Assembly (NCBI GenBank): GCA_040756235.1
Contig: JBFLZG010000037.1
Span: 1 to 45,688, forward strand
DNA from: a bacterium
Lineage (GTDB): Bacteria > Desulfobacterota > DSWW01
Direction of reading: 5' to 3'
Length of the DNA stretch: 45,688 nt
Both the position numbers and the translations under genes were made by a program. Below the pieces are notes generated by a model. The model was not told the DNA's origin, did no database searches, and saw nothing but the letters and a program-made list of their open reading frames with translations. Numbering within the stretch: position 1 is the stretch's first letter; each line of letters begins with the position of its first letter. Shown piece after piece: positions 28,210 to 36,036 of the stretch.

Positions 28210-29292
28210 ATGAAGAGAGTCAAGTCTTTGGCAATGGTTCTTCTGTTGAGCTGCGTCTTGCTGACGGCTTGGACTCGGGAGGCGGCGTCCGACTACGTTT
28301 ATCAGGACCTGGGCCTCCTCCCCGGACTGTCGAGCGCCGAGGCGTGGAACATCTCCGGGCACCTTGTGGTGGGCCGCTGTTTCACCACCGGCTCGCAGGA
28401 TTATGAGGGGTTCATCTGGACGCCGGCCAGCGGCATCCACCCCCTCGGGACCGCAGGCGGCACGTACAGCCGTGCCTACGGCGTGAATCGGCTGGGAGAC
28501 AGTGTGGGGTTCTCCCAGACCGCCGATGCGCTGGAGCTGGCCTTTTTCAAGACCAAGCGCGGAGCGATGAAGGCGTTGCCCTACCTGCCTTCACCCAATC
28601 CGTACGCCCGAGGGTATGCCATCAACAGTCTCAGACAGATCGTGGGATTCTCGAACAACGAGTTCTCGAACTACAAGGCCTGCATCTGGTGGGATCCCGA
28701 CAGCACGGATCCGCCCCAGAACCTGGGCAATCTGACCGGAGAACCCGAGCACAACAGTATCGCGTTCTGCATCAATGATTACACTCAGGTGGTGGGGGAC
28801 TCGATCGGCACGAACGGGCTGGACCGACCCATGTACTGGGATCCGGCCAATGGGATGAGGGACTTGGGCACGCTGGGTGGCGGCAGCGGTCTGGCGCGGG
28901 GGATCAACAACGGAGGCGCGGTGGTCGGGAGCGCCGACAACCTGGACGGCTTGCGGGAGGGGTTCATCATCCGACCAAACGCGGCGAGTCCGAGGATGAG
29001 AGGCCTGGGAGGCTTGGGGGGCAGCGGCGAATTTTCCGGATTCGCAACGCTCAGCTACGCCCAGGGGATCAACGGCAGGGGCGAGGTCGTGGGCTTTGCC
29101 TACAATGCGGACAACGAGCAGGTGGCGTTCCTCTGGACCCGGGAGGGTGGGATCCAGAACCTGAACACCTTGGTACAGGACCTGCCCGAGGGTGTCGTGC
29201 TGAGCCGCGCCTGCGCGATCAATGCCCACGGCGATATCGTGGGGTTCACCGCGGCTGGCCAGGCCTTTTTTCTCTATCCGGAGCCCCTGTAA
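28210..29292 (+). CDS. Secreted HAF-repeat (extracellular repeat) protein
   Basis: Signal peptide; repeated DLGTLGG...A.GIN..G.VVG units. Confidence 0.82.
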   Translation: MKRVKSLAMVLLLSCVLLTAWTREAASDYVYQDLGLLPGLSSAEAWNISGHLVVGRCFTTGSQDYEGFIWTPASGIHPLGTAGGTYSRAYGVNRLGDSVGFSQTADALELAFFKTKRGAMKALPYLPSPNPYARGYAINSLRQIVGFSNNEFSNYKACIWWDPDSTDPPQNLGNLTGEPEHNSIAFCINDYTQVVGDSIGTNGLDRPMYWDPANGMRDLGTLGGGSGLARGINNGGAVVGSADNLDGLREGFIIRPNAASPRMRGLGGLGGSGEFSGFATLSYAQGINGRGEVVGFAYNADNEQVAFLWTREGGIQNLNTLVQDLPEGVVLSRACAINAHGDIVGFTAAGQAFFLYPEPL

Positions 29293-29303
29293 GAAGCGCC
29301 GGC

Positions 29304-29777
29304 TCACTTCTCTTCAAGGGCCTCCAGGTCCGGCAGGAAATCGAACAGGATCGGGTAGCCGGGGGGCACGGCCTCCACCTCGAGAAGCTCTCCGCATCCC
29401 GGGCAGATGAACTCCCGGAGGTGCATCTTGCGGACCTCGCAGGAGCGCGGCCCGGGGAAGACCTCGTGCATGGACTCTTCCGTGTCGCGGACCAGCACGA
29501 GGGCCTGCTCCTTCCAGTTCTCCCGGTAGTCGCCGAGCTCATGGCCGCAGAAGGTCTTGACGATCCTGGCGCCATTGTCCTTCTGGACGATGTAGAGGTG
29601 CTCGGCCAGGGGCAGCAGGATCTTGTCTTTCCAGGGGACCCGTTCCTGCTCGACCTCCAGGACGATCTCCAGTCGGCCATCGTCTTTCTGGGAGCTCATG
29701 ATTTGCTTGACCGTCTCCCAGGGCAGCTTCCCGGCGATGAGGTCGCGGATCATGTCCTTCGGGTATTGCACGGTCAT
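29304..29777 (-). CDS. acxC: Acetone carboxylase-like gamma subunit (downstream set)
   Basis: LPLAEHLYIV, CGHELGDYRENWK, REFICPGCGELLEVEAVPPGYP. Confidence 0.88.
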   Translation of the reverse strand: MTVQYPKDMIRDLIAGKLPWETVKQIMSSQKDDGRLEIVLEVEQERVPWKDKILLPLAEHLYIVQKDNGARIVKTFCGHELGDYRENWKEQALVLVRDTEESMHEVFPGPRSCEVRKMHLREFICPGCGELLEVEAVPPGYPILFDFLPDLEALEEK

Positions 29778-29791
29778 CTTCCGGTCCTTTC

Positions 29792-31945
29792 CTACAGAGC
29801 GAAATCGGCAGGCAGCTCCCAGTAGCGTACGAACTCGGAGCGGAACTTTTCGGACAGCCTGAAGCTCGACCGGTAGGCTTCCTTGACGCTCTCGTGCAGA
29901 TCCCCGTCCAGGATGCGCTGGCGCTCGCGCTTCCTGAATTCGGCCGCCGGGACGGCTCTGTTCAAGCGCTCCTGGCGCTTGGCCGCGCGCAGCGCGCGGG
30001 TCCGGGCCTCGTCCAGCTGCCCCGTGTCGGGATCAAACGCGATGCCGTAGGTTTCCCTGGCAGCTCGGGCCGTCGTGTGCCCGTTGGCAAGGTCTGCGAG
30101 GACCCTGCGCGGCTCTCGTCCGAGGGGGTCTCCGTAGCCGCCCGCGCCGGTGTAGAAGTGACTGAAGAGGTCGTAAGGCGAGAAAGGAGAGGCGAAGAGC
30201 AGGGCATCCGCGCCGGTCCTCAGGTCCCGCGCCCGGACGAGCTGCTTCAGGAGCGGGTTTTCCGGATCGGGCCCTTCCCAGTGGGGCAAAGGCGCCTTTT
30301 TCTCGATCAGCTCCTTCACGTTGGTGCCCCGGGCGAAATGGATGTAGCTCGAGGGCGACGGATATCCGCCCATGATCCCGGGACACGGATAGACCGAGGA
30401 GAAGCCGAGGTTTGCCATGAGGACGTTGTCCGAGTGGCAGACGAGCCAGGTCGACTCGAATCCGCTGCCGCCCCGGTACTTGCCCGGGCCGCCCGAGTCG
30501 GGCGTGATCCTCCTGCCGATGAAGATCTGGGGGATGATGAGCTCCCAGGCCTCGACGTTGCCCATGTCGGCTTCCGGGTTCCAGAGGGCGTAAGCGGTGT
30601 CGATCCCGTCGAGGATGCCGCGGGCTCCCGAGCCGCAGGCGACCAGCTCGGAGATGAGCGTACCGAAGGGGTTCCCGTACTGGTTGGTCCCGCCCGTCTC
30701 CACTGCGGGCGTGACAGGGGCGCCGACCAGGATTTCCTCGCGGAACCCTCGGGCGTACAACCCCCGTGAGAGGAGCCGGTAGACGGCGCCCATGGCGGGC
30801 TGCAGCAGGGCCCAGGCGGCCGATACACCCGCGAAGATCGTATCCGGGTTCAGGGCGCTGCCGTGAGGCAGCTTCATTTCGCAGGCCATCCAGGCGCCGT
30901 CGTTGACCTTGCCGTCGTAAGCGAGAAACTGGGTCAATGTGACGAACAGGCCCCCTTCCATGGCGGCCGGGCTGCAGTTGCCGAAGTGGTAGCCCCAGCG
31001 GTTGGCGCCTTCGTAGTCCAGGGTGATCCTGCCGGTCCGCTCGACCTTCATCTCGAGAGGCGAGAAGGTGAAGTTGTCCCGGCTGGCGATGGCCGGCATG
31101 TTCTTGTCTCTGTAGTCGAGATCGATGAACCAGGCCGTCCGGTAGGTGCCGGGCACGAGCCGCTGCTTCACGTTTTCCAGGAAGGTGCGCCGGGCCTCCT
31201 CGATGAGCTCCCGGCCGGCCTTGCGGTAGTACTCCAGCCCGAACTCCCGGATGATCTCCTTGACGCTCTCGCGGATGAGGCAGCACCCGGCGATGCGGGC
31301 CCTTTCGTCCAGGAGCCAGAAGTGAGGGGCCCGGGTGCAGCGCTCGATCATGATCTCGTAGTCTCTGCGCAGGGTGTCGTTCTCGGCCACCTTCTGCGCG
31401 CAGAGTGTAATCCCCTCGTGAAAGCGGGTGATGGCCGACGAAGGCATGGAGCCCGGGTCCACGCCGCCCACTTCCAGGACGTGGGTGACCCCGCCCACCC
31501 AGCCCACGAGCTCGTCCTCGTAGAAGATCGGGGTGATGTCCATGATGTCGGCCACGTGCACGCCGCCGATGAAGCAGTCGTTGTTGGCGAAGAAGTCCCC
31601 CTCGCGGATTCTGATCGTCGGCTCGTCCTCGTATCCGTGCTCGATCATCCACTTGATGCATCGGCTCATCGTGTGGACGTGGACCATGATGCCGGTGGAC
31701 AGGCACACGGAGTCGCCCTCGGGCGTGTAGAGCGCGAAGCAGAGCTCCCCGACCTCCTTCACCATGGGGGAGGCGGAAATGGATTTGGCCGTCTCCCGGG
31801 AAGCCTGGAGCGTGGAGAGCAGCCGGGAGTGAAAGATCTCGTAGCGGATGGGATCGCGGGCCTTACACTCCAGGTCCCGGACGTAGTACCCGTGCTCCCC
31901 GAAGAGCTGCTCGCTTTGGGTCAGTTGGTCCTTCAGCTTGCCCAT
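29792..31945 (-). CDS. acxB: Acetone carboxylase-like alpha subunit (hydantoinase B family; downstream set)
   Basis: RETAKSISASP, GELCF, HVADI, GGVTHV metal-ligand motifs, GKYRGG, GGYGDP; true start MGKLKDQ inside the long ORF. Confidence 0.88.
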   Translation of the reverse strand: MGKLKDQLTQSEQLFGEHGYYVRDLECKARDPIRYEIFHSRLLSTLQASRETAKSISASPMVKEVGELCFALYTPEGDSVCLSTGIMVHVHTMSRCIKWMIEHGYEDEPTIRIREGDFFANNDCFIGGVHVADIMDITPIFYEDELVGWVGGVTHVLEVGGVDPGSMPSSAITRFHEGITLCAQKVAENDTLRRDYEIMIERCTRAPHFWLLDERARIAGCCLIRESVKEIIREFGLEYYRKAGRELIEEARRTFLENVKQRLVPGTYRTAWFIDLDYRDKNMPAIASRDNFTFSPLEMKVERTGRITLDYEGANRWGYHFGNCSPAAMEGGLFVTLTQFLAYDGKVNDGAWMACEMKLPHGSALNPDTIFAGVSAAWALLQPAMGAVYRLLSRGLYARGFREEILVGAPVTPAVETGGTNQYGNPFGTLISELVACGSGARGILDGIDTAYALWNPEADMGNVEAWELIIPQIFIGRRITPDSGGPGKYRGGSGFESTWLVCHSDNVLMANLGFSSVYPCPGIMGGYPSPSSYIHFARGTNVKELIEKKAPLPHWEGPDPENPLLKQLVRARDLRTGADALLFASPFSPYDLFSHFYTGAGGYGDPLGREPRRVLADLANGHTTARAARETYGIAFDPDTGQLDEARTRALRAAKRQERLNRAVPAAEFRKRERQRILDGDLHESVKEAYRSSFRLSEKFRSEFVRYWELPADFAL

Positions 31946-32003
31946 GATCGCCTCTCCGTGCGTCATCGAACCCTTTGCCGGCGTATCCGCCGACCGGAAC
32001 TTT

Positions 32004-32283
32004 GAGTGCGGCGGGTGCCCCGCCCTCGATCGGCTCGGGCTCAGAACGCTCCGGCCTTTCTCCTCCCAAAGGGCGGAGACCGCAGCCCTTAGGGCAGGTC
32101 CGCCCTTTCGTCCCTCGTCCCGGGCCGGGTGTATCGGGGCACACGGCCTAGCCCGACTGCAGGAAAGTCGGGCTAGAGGGGGAGAAATCGGGAAAGAGCG
32201 CTGCGTCCCACCGGCCTGTCGTGACTCGGGACGGCCTCCGCGACTCGCCCTTGCCTCTCTCGTGCGGGGCACCCGCCGCACTC
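32004..32283. mobile_element. Family B 280-bp element with perfect 20-bp TIRs
   Basis: gagtgcggcgggtgccccgc / gcggggcacccgccgcactc; homologous to 14752-15039; partial left end repeated at 32301-32345. Confidence 0.75.
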
Positions 32284-32343
32284 CTCTTCGCCGACCGGCC
32301 GGTGCCCCGCCCTCGATCGGCTCGGGCTCAGAACGCTCCGGCC

Positions 32344-34482
32344 TTACGCCTCGCCCAGCCACAGCGTCCGGTACTCGTCGACCGTGACGGAACGGTCCGA
32401 CGGGACCACCAGCGTTGTCGTCGGGTGCTCCACGAGGGCAGGGCCGCGCAGGCGGTTGCCGGGCCTGAGCCGATCCATTTCGTAGACGGACACGTCCCGC
32501 AGCACCCCGGCGAAGACGGCTCGCCTCTTCTCCTTCAGACAGTCCGGGCCGGGCGTCTCCGGCCCGAGAGGGAGCTTCCTCAGGACCGGCTTCGGCTTCC
32601 GCACCGAGCAGACCACGGCCACTTCGAGGATCAGATACCCGGCCTGGGGAAACCTTGCGGCCATCGTGTAGATCCGGCTGTAAGTCTCCTCGAAGCTCGC
32701 GATCAGGCGATCGAGCTCTTCGGCAGAACGAATCCGGGCCGTCGGGCTCACGATCGGAAGATCGTCGAGCTGGTTGCCGTAGCGGACCATGGCGATCTGC
32801 TTGCGCTCGATCTGCTCCGCACGGTACCCCTCCTTTTGCATCTCCCGGACGCCCTTCTCCTCCAGCTCTTCCCAGAAGCGGTTGAGCTGCCCGCCGACCG
32901 CCGTCTTCCAGTCCGCCGGGGCGCGCTCGGGGATCAGGAGCGTCGCGGCCCGGTGGTAGTGATGCTCGTATGGGCAGGCGGAGGCGCCGAAGGCGGAGAA
33001 AACGGAGGAATAGGGGAATACGAGGACCCCTTTGAACTGCATCCCCCGGGTGTATCCCGAGACGTGCGTGGGGCCGGCGCCGCCATAGGAGAGGAGGTGA
33101 TACTCGCCGCAGTTGTAACCTTTTCCCATCAGCATGGCGTTGATGGCGCCCTTGACCCGCGTGTCGAAGATCTCCTTGACCCCTTCGGCAGCCCGGAGCA
33201 CGTCCAGCCCGAGGGGGTCCGCGATCTTCTCCCGGAACAGACGGTGCGCCTTTTCGACGTTCACCTGCATGGCGCCGCCCAGAAAATAGCGGGGGTTCAG
33301 GTAGCCCAGGATGAAGTCCACGTCGGTGATGGTGGGGACCTCGTTGCCGAGGTCGTAACAGATCGGCCCGGGGCTGGCGCCGGCGCTGTCCGGCCCGATC
33401 TCGATGCGGCCGGAGACGGGGTCCAGCCGCACGTAGGTGCCCCCGCCGGCGCCGATCGAATCGACTTCCACCATCGGGATCCCGAGGCGGAAGCGGGCGC
33501 ACGTCGGCTCCCGGTTGATCGTCACCTCCCCGTCCCGGATCATGCCCACGTCAAAAGTCGTGCCCCCCACGTCCGTGGCCAGGAGGTTCTTGAATCCGTA
33601 AATCTCGCCGATGTAGCGGGCGCCCATGATGCCGCCGACCGGGCCGGACTCGACGGTTTCGACCATCTTCGTGTGCTCGACGCTGGCCAGGCCGCCATGG
33701 CTCAGAAGGATCTGGAGGTCGCCCTTGCGGTAGCCGAGCTCGCGGATTCGGCGGTTGATCTCGATCAACGGCTTGCGGGCCGGGTGGCCCGCGTATCCCT
33801 CGATGACCGTGCTGTTGAGGCGGGAGTATTCCCGCATGACCGGGTTGATGTCCACGCTCAGCAAGACGGGGACCTCGAGCCCGTGCCTGCGGATGATCCC
33901 GCGCGCGATCTCCGCCGCCCGATCCTCGTGCGAGCGGTTCTGATAGGAGTAGAGAAAACAGATGACGATCCCCTGGACGCCTTCGGCCAGGAGCTCCTCC
34001 ACGGCCGCGGCCGCTTCATGCTCGTACAGAGGAATGATCGGGGCCCCGAACAGGTCGATCCTCTCGGTCACGCCCCGGACGAGCTGTCTCGGAATGAGGG
34101 GATCATTGTGCACGTGGGTTACGGCATGGAGCCGGTCCGGCAGGCTGTAGCCCTCGAAGGTCTGCAGGCCCCGTTCCATGAGGAGGTAGTCTTCGAACCC
34201 TTTGGTGATGAGGAGCCCGAGACGCAGCCCCGTCCGGGTCACCACAGTGTTGATGACCGTGGTGGCTCCGTAGCCCACGACCTGAAGCTGCGGGAAGAGA
34301 TCTTCGAGCTCGAGGCCGTGGCCGCGAATGGCGTTGCGAAGGGAGCGGAAATACCCTTGCGAGACGTCGTGGGGGGTGGTCGGTGCCTTGCCGAGGATGA
34401 AGTCGCCGTTGGAGTCCACGATGAAGGTGTCGGTGAAGGTGCCCCCGGTGTCGGTGTAGCACAGCTCGTATCCGGACTTCAT
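32344..34482 (-). CDS. acxA: Acetone carboxylase-like beta subunit (hydantoinase A/oxoprolinase ATP-binding; downstream set)
   Basis: DTGGTFTD, ESGPVGG, TDVGGTTFD, GAGGG, YGGAGP, FSAFG. Confidence 0.88.
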   Translation of the reverse strand: MKSGYELCYTDTGGTFTDTFIVDSNGDFILGKAPTTPHDVSQGYFRSLRNAIRGHGLELEDLFPQLQVVGYGATTVINTVVTRTGLRLGLLITKGFEDYLLMERGLQTFEGYSLPDRLHAVTHVHNDPLIPRQLVRGVTERIDLFGAPIIPLYEHEAAAAVEELLAEGVQGIVICFLYSYQNRSHEDRAAEIARGIIRRHGLEVPVLLSVDINPVMREYSRLNSTVIEGYAGHPARKPLIEINRRIRELGYRKGDLQILLSHGGLASVEHTKMVETVESGPVGGIMGARYIGEIYGFKNLLATDVGGTTFDVGMIRDGEVTINREPTCARFRLGIPMVEVDSIGAGGGTYVRLDPVSGRIEIGPDSAGASPGPICYDLGNEVPTITDVDFILGYLNPRYFLGGAMQVNVEKAHRLFREKIADPLGLDVLRAAEGVKEIFDTRVKGAINAMLMGKGYNCGEYHLLSYGGAGPTHVSGYTRGMQFKGVLVFPYSSVFSAFGASACPYEHHYHRAATLLIPERAPADWKTAVGGQLNRFWEELEEKGVREMQKEGYRAEQIERKQIAMVRYGNQLDDLPIVSPTARIRSAEELDRLIASFEETYSRIYTMAARFPQAGYLILEVAVVCSVRKPKPVLRKLPLGPETPGPDCLKEKRRAVFAGVLRDVSVYEMDRLRPGNRLRGPALVEHPTTTLVVPSDRSVTVDEYRTLWLGEA

Positions 34483-34581
34483 GGCATCGCCCTCCTTGAG
34501 CGCGCCTTCTCGCCCATGCTAACGCCGCTCCCCCCGCATCGCCGCGGCCCGCGTGCAGCGCGGGCCGTGGCGTGCGCCTGC

Positions 34582-35547
34582 TCAGTACTTCGAAGGCGTC
34601 TGCGAGATCCCGAGCATTTCCCGGGCCTGCTTCGGCGAGGCGATCTCGCGGCCCATCTCGCGTGCGATCCGCACGATGCGGGCGACCGCCTCCCCGTTGC
34701 CCTTGTACTTCCGGCCCTTGCCGTAATAAACGTTGTCTTCCATGCCGACCCGCACGTGTCCGCCGAGCAGGATCGCCATGACGGTCATCGGGATCTGATA
34801 GGGCCCGACGCCGATGACCGAATAGATGGAGTTGTCCGGCAGCTCGTTCACCAGGGAGAGGAGGTTCGCCGGCGTGGGGAAGAAGCTCGTCTGGAAGCCC
34901 ATGACGAACTGGATGTCGTAGGGCGGCTCCACCAGCCCCTGCAGCATCAGGTCCTGCACGACCCAGTACATGCCGGGATGGTAGAGCTCCATCTCGGGCT
35001 TGATCCCCTTCTCCTTCATCGTTTTCGCGTACAGCTCGATATCCCCGTAACTGATGGGGATGCAGCGGTCGGCAACGACCGCGGGTCGCGGGTGGGGCAG
35101 GGGCTCCTTTCTCTCCTTCAGCGGAAACTTCAGCACGAACGGTCCGAGATTGAGCGAACAGAGCTCAGGGTTTGCGTAGATGCTCGCCATGCGCTGCTCG
35201 GAGGTGAGCTCCGGGCCGCCCCCGGTTGTGTTGTTGATCACGATGTCCGGGCACTTCTCGCGGATCAGGGCATTGATCTTGCGGTAGTCTTCGGGATTGC
35301 TCGAGGTCATCCACCAGCACTGCGGGTTGCGGGCATGGACATGGACGATGCTGCACCCGGCCTCGTACGCTTCCCGCGTCTGCTCGGCCTGCTCCTCCGG
35401 GGTTTCGGGCAGGTTCTCGTTCAACTCCTTGCCGTGCACGCCGCCGGTGATCGCGCAGGAGACGATGAGGGGCGGCATTCCGGTGCGGACCTTCTCCATC
35501 CAGGCGTACGGGTTGCGGTAGTCCCACAGGTAATCAGCTTTCTGCAT
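34582..35547 (-). CDS. Beta-keto acid cleavage enzyme (BKACE/Kce family, DUF849)
   Basis: CAITGG, LPETPEEQA, VHVHAR (Zn HxH), TTGGG, KPEME, HVRVGMEDN. Confidence 0.9.
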   Translation of the reverse strand: MQKADYLWDYRNPYAWMEKVRTGMPPLIVSCAITGGVHGKELNENLPETPEEQAEQTREAYEAGCSIVHVHARNPQCWWMTSSNPEDYRKINALIREKCPDIVINNTTGGGPELTSEQRMASIYANPELCSLNLGPFVLKFPLKERKEPLPHPRPAVVADRCIPISYGDIELYAKTMKEKGIKPEMELYHPGMYWVVQDLMLQGLVEPPYDIQFVMGFQTSFFPTPANLLSLVNELPDNSIYSVIGVGPYQIPMTVMAILLGGHVRVGMEDNVYYGKGRKYKGNGEAVARIVRIAREMGREIASPKQAREMLGISQTPSKY

Positions 35548-36019
35548 CTTTGTTCTCCTCTGCGAGTTGTTGAAGGGCCTCCGGGTCTGGCCGGAAGTCG
35601 AACACGAACGGGTAGCCCGGCGGCACGGCCTCCACTTCGAGCTGGGCCTGACAGCCCGGGCAATAGAACTCCCTGAGGACCATCCACTCGGGATCGCAGG
35701 CCCTCCTCGGCACGTAGATCTCGCCGTCCTGCGGATTCCTTTCGTAGACCAGAGCCTCGAGCTTCCAGTTGAGCGAGCAGTCCCCGAACTCGAACCCGCA
35801 GCCGCACTTGACGATCAGCGCCGAGCCCTTCTTCACGATGTAGAGGTGCTCGGCAAGGGCGAGCAGGATCCTTTCCTTCCAGGGAACCCTCTCCTGCTCG
35901 ATCTCCCGGACCAGGCGCAGCCGGTCTTCGTCCTTGGGGGAAGACATGATGTTCTTGACCATCTCCCAGGGGAGCTTCCGGTCCAGCAGATTGCGGATCG
36001 TGTCTTTCGTGTAGTGCAT
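35534..36019 (-). CDS. acxC: Acetone carboxylase-like gamma subunit (upstream set)
   Basis: LAEHLYIV, VKCGCG, NWK, REFYCPGC..LEVEAVPPGYP; start could be 36040 (ATGA overlap). Confidence 0.88.
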   Translation of the reverse strand: MHYTKDTIRNLLDRKLPWEMVKNIMSSPKDEDRLRLVREIEQERVPWKERILLALAEHLYIVKKGSALIVKCGCGFEFGDCSLNWKLEALVYERNPQDGEIYVPRRACDPEWMVLREFYCPGCQAQLEVEAVPPGYPFVFDFRPDPEALQQLAEENKDAES

Positions 36020-36036
36020 GGGGAGCGGCCCTCGAT

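Noticed and set aside
32024..32263. Hammerhead ribozyme within the family B element
   Set aside because: A GAAA is present on the - strand but no CUGAUGA core in the correct context.
31946..33502. 1236-aa ORF 29792..33502 suggesting a long N-terminally extended AcxB or an AcxA-AcxB fusion
   Set aside because: The extension is an off-frame read of acxA' and the repeat element. The paralogue at 38184 starts at the equivalent MG.LK Met, so the real start is 31945.
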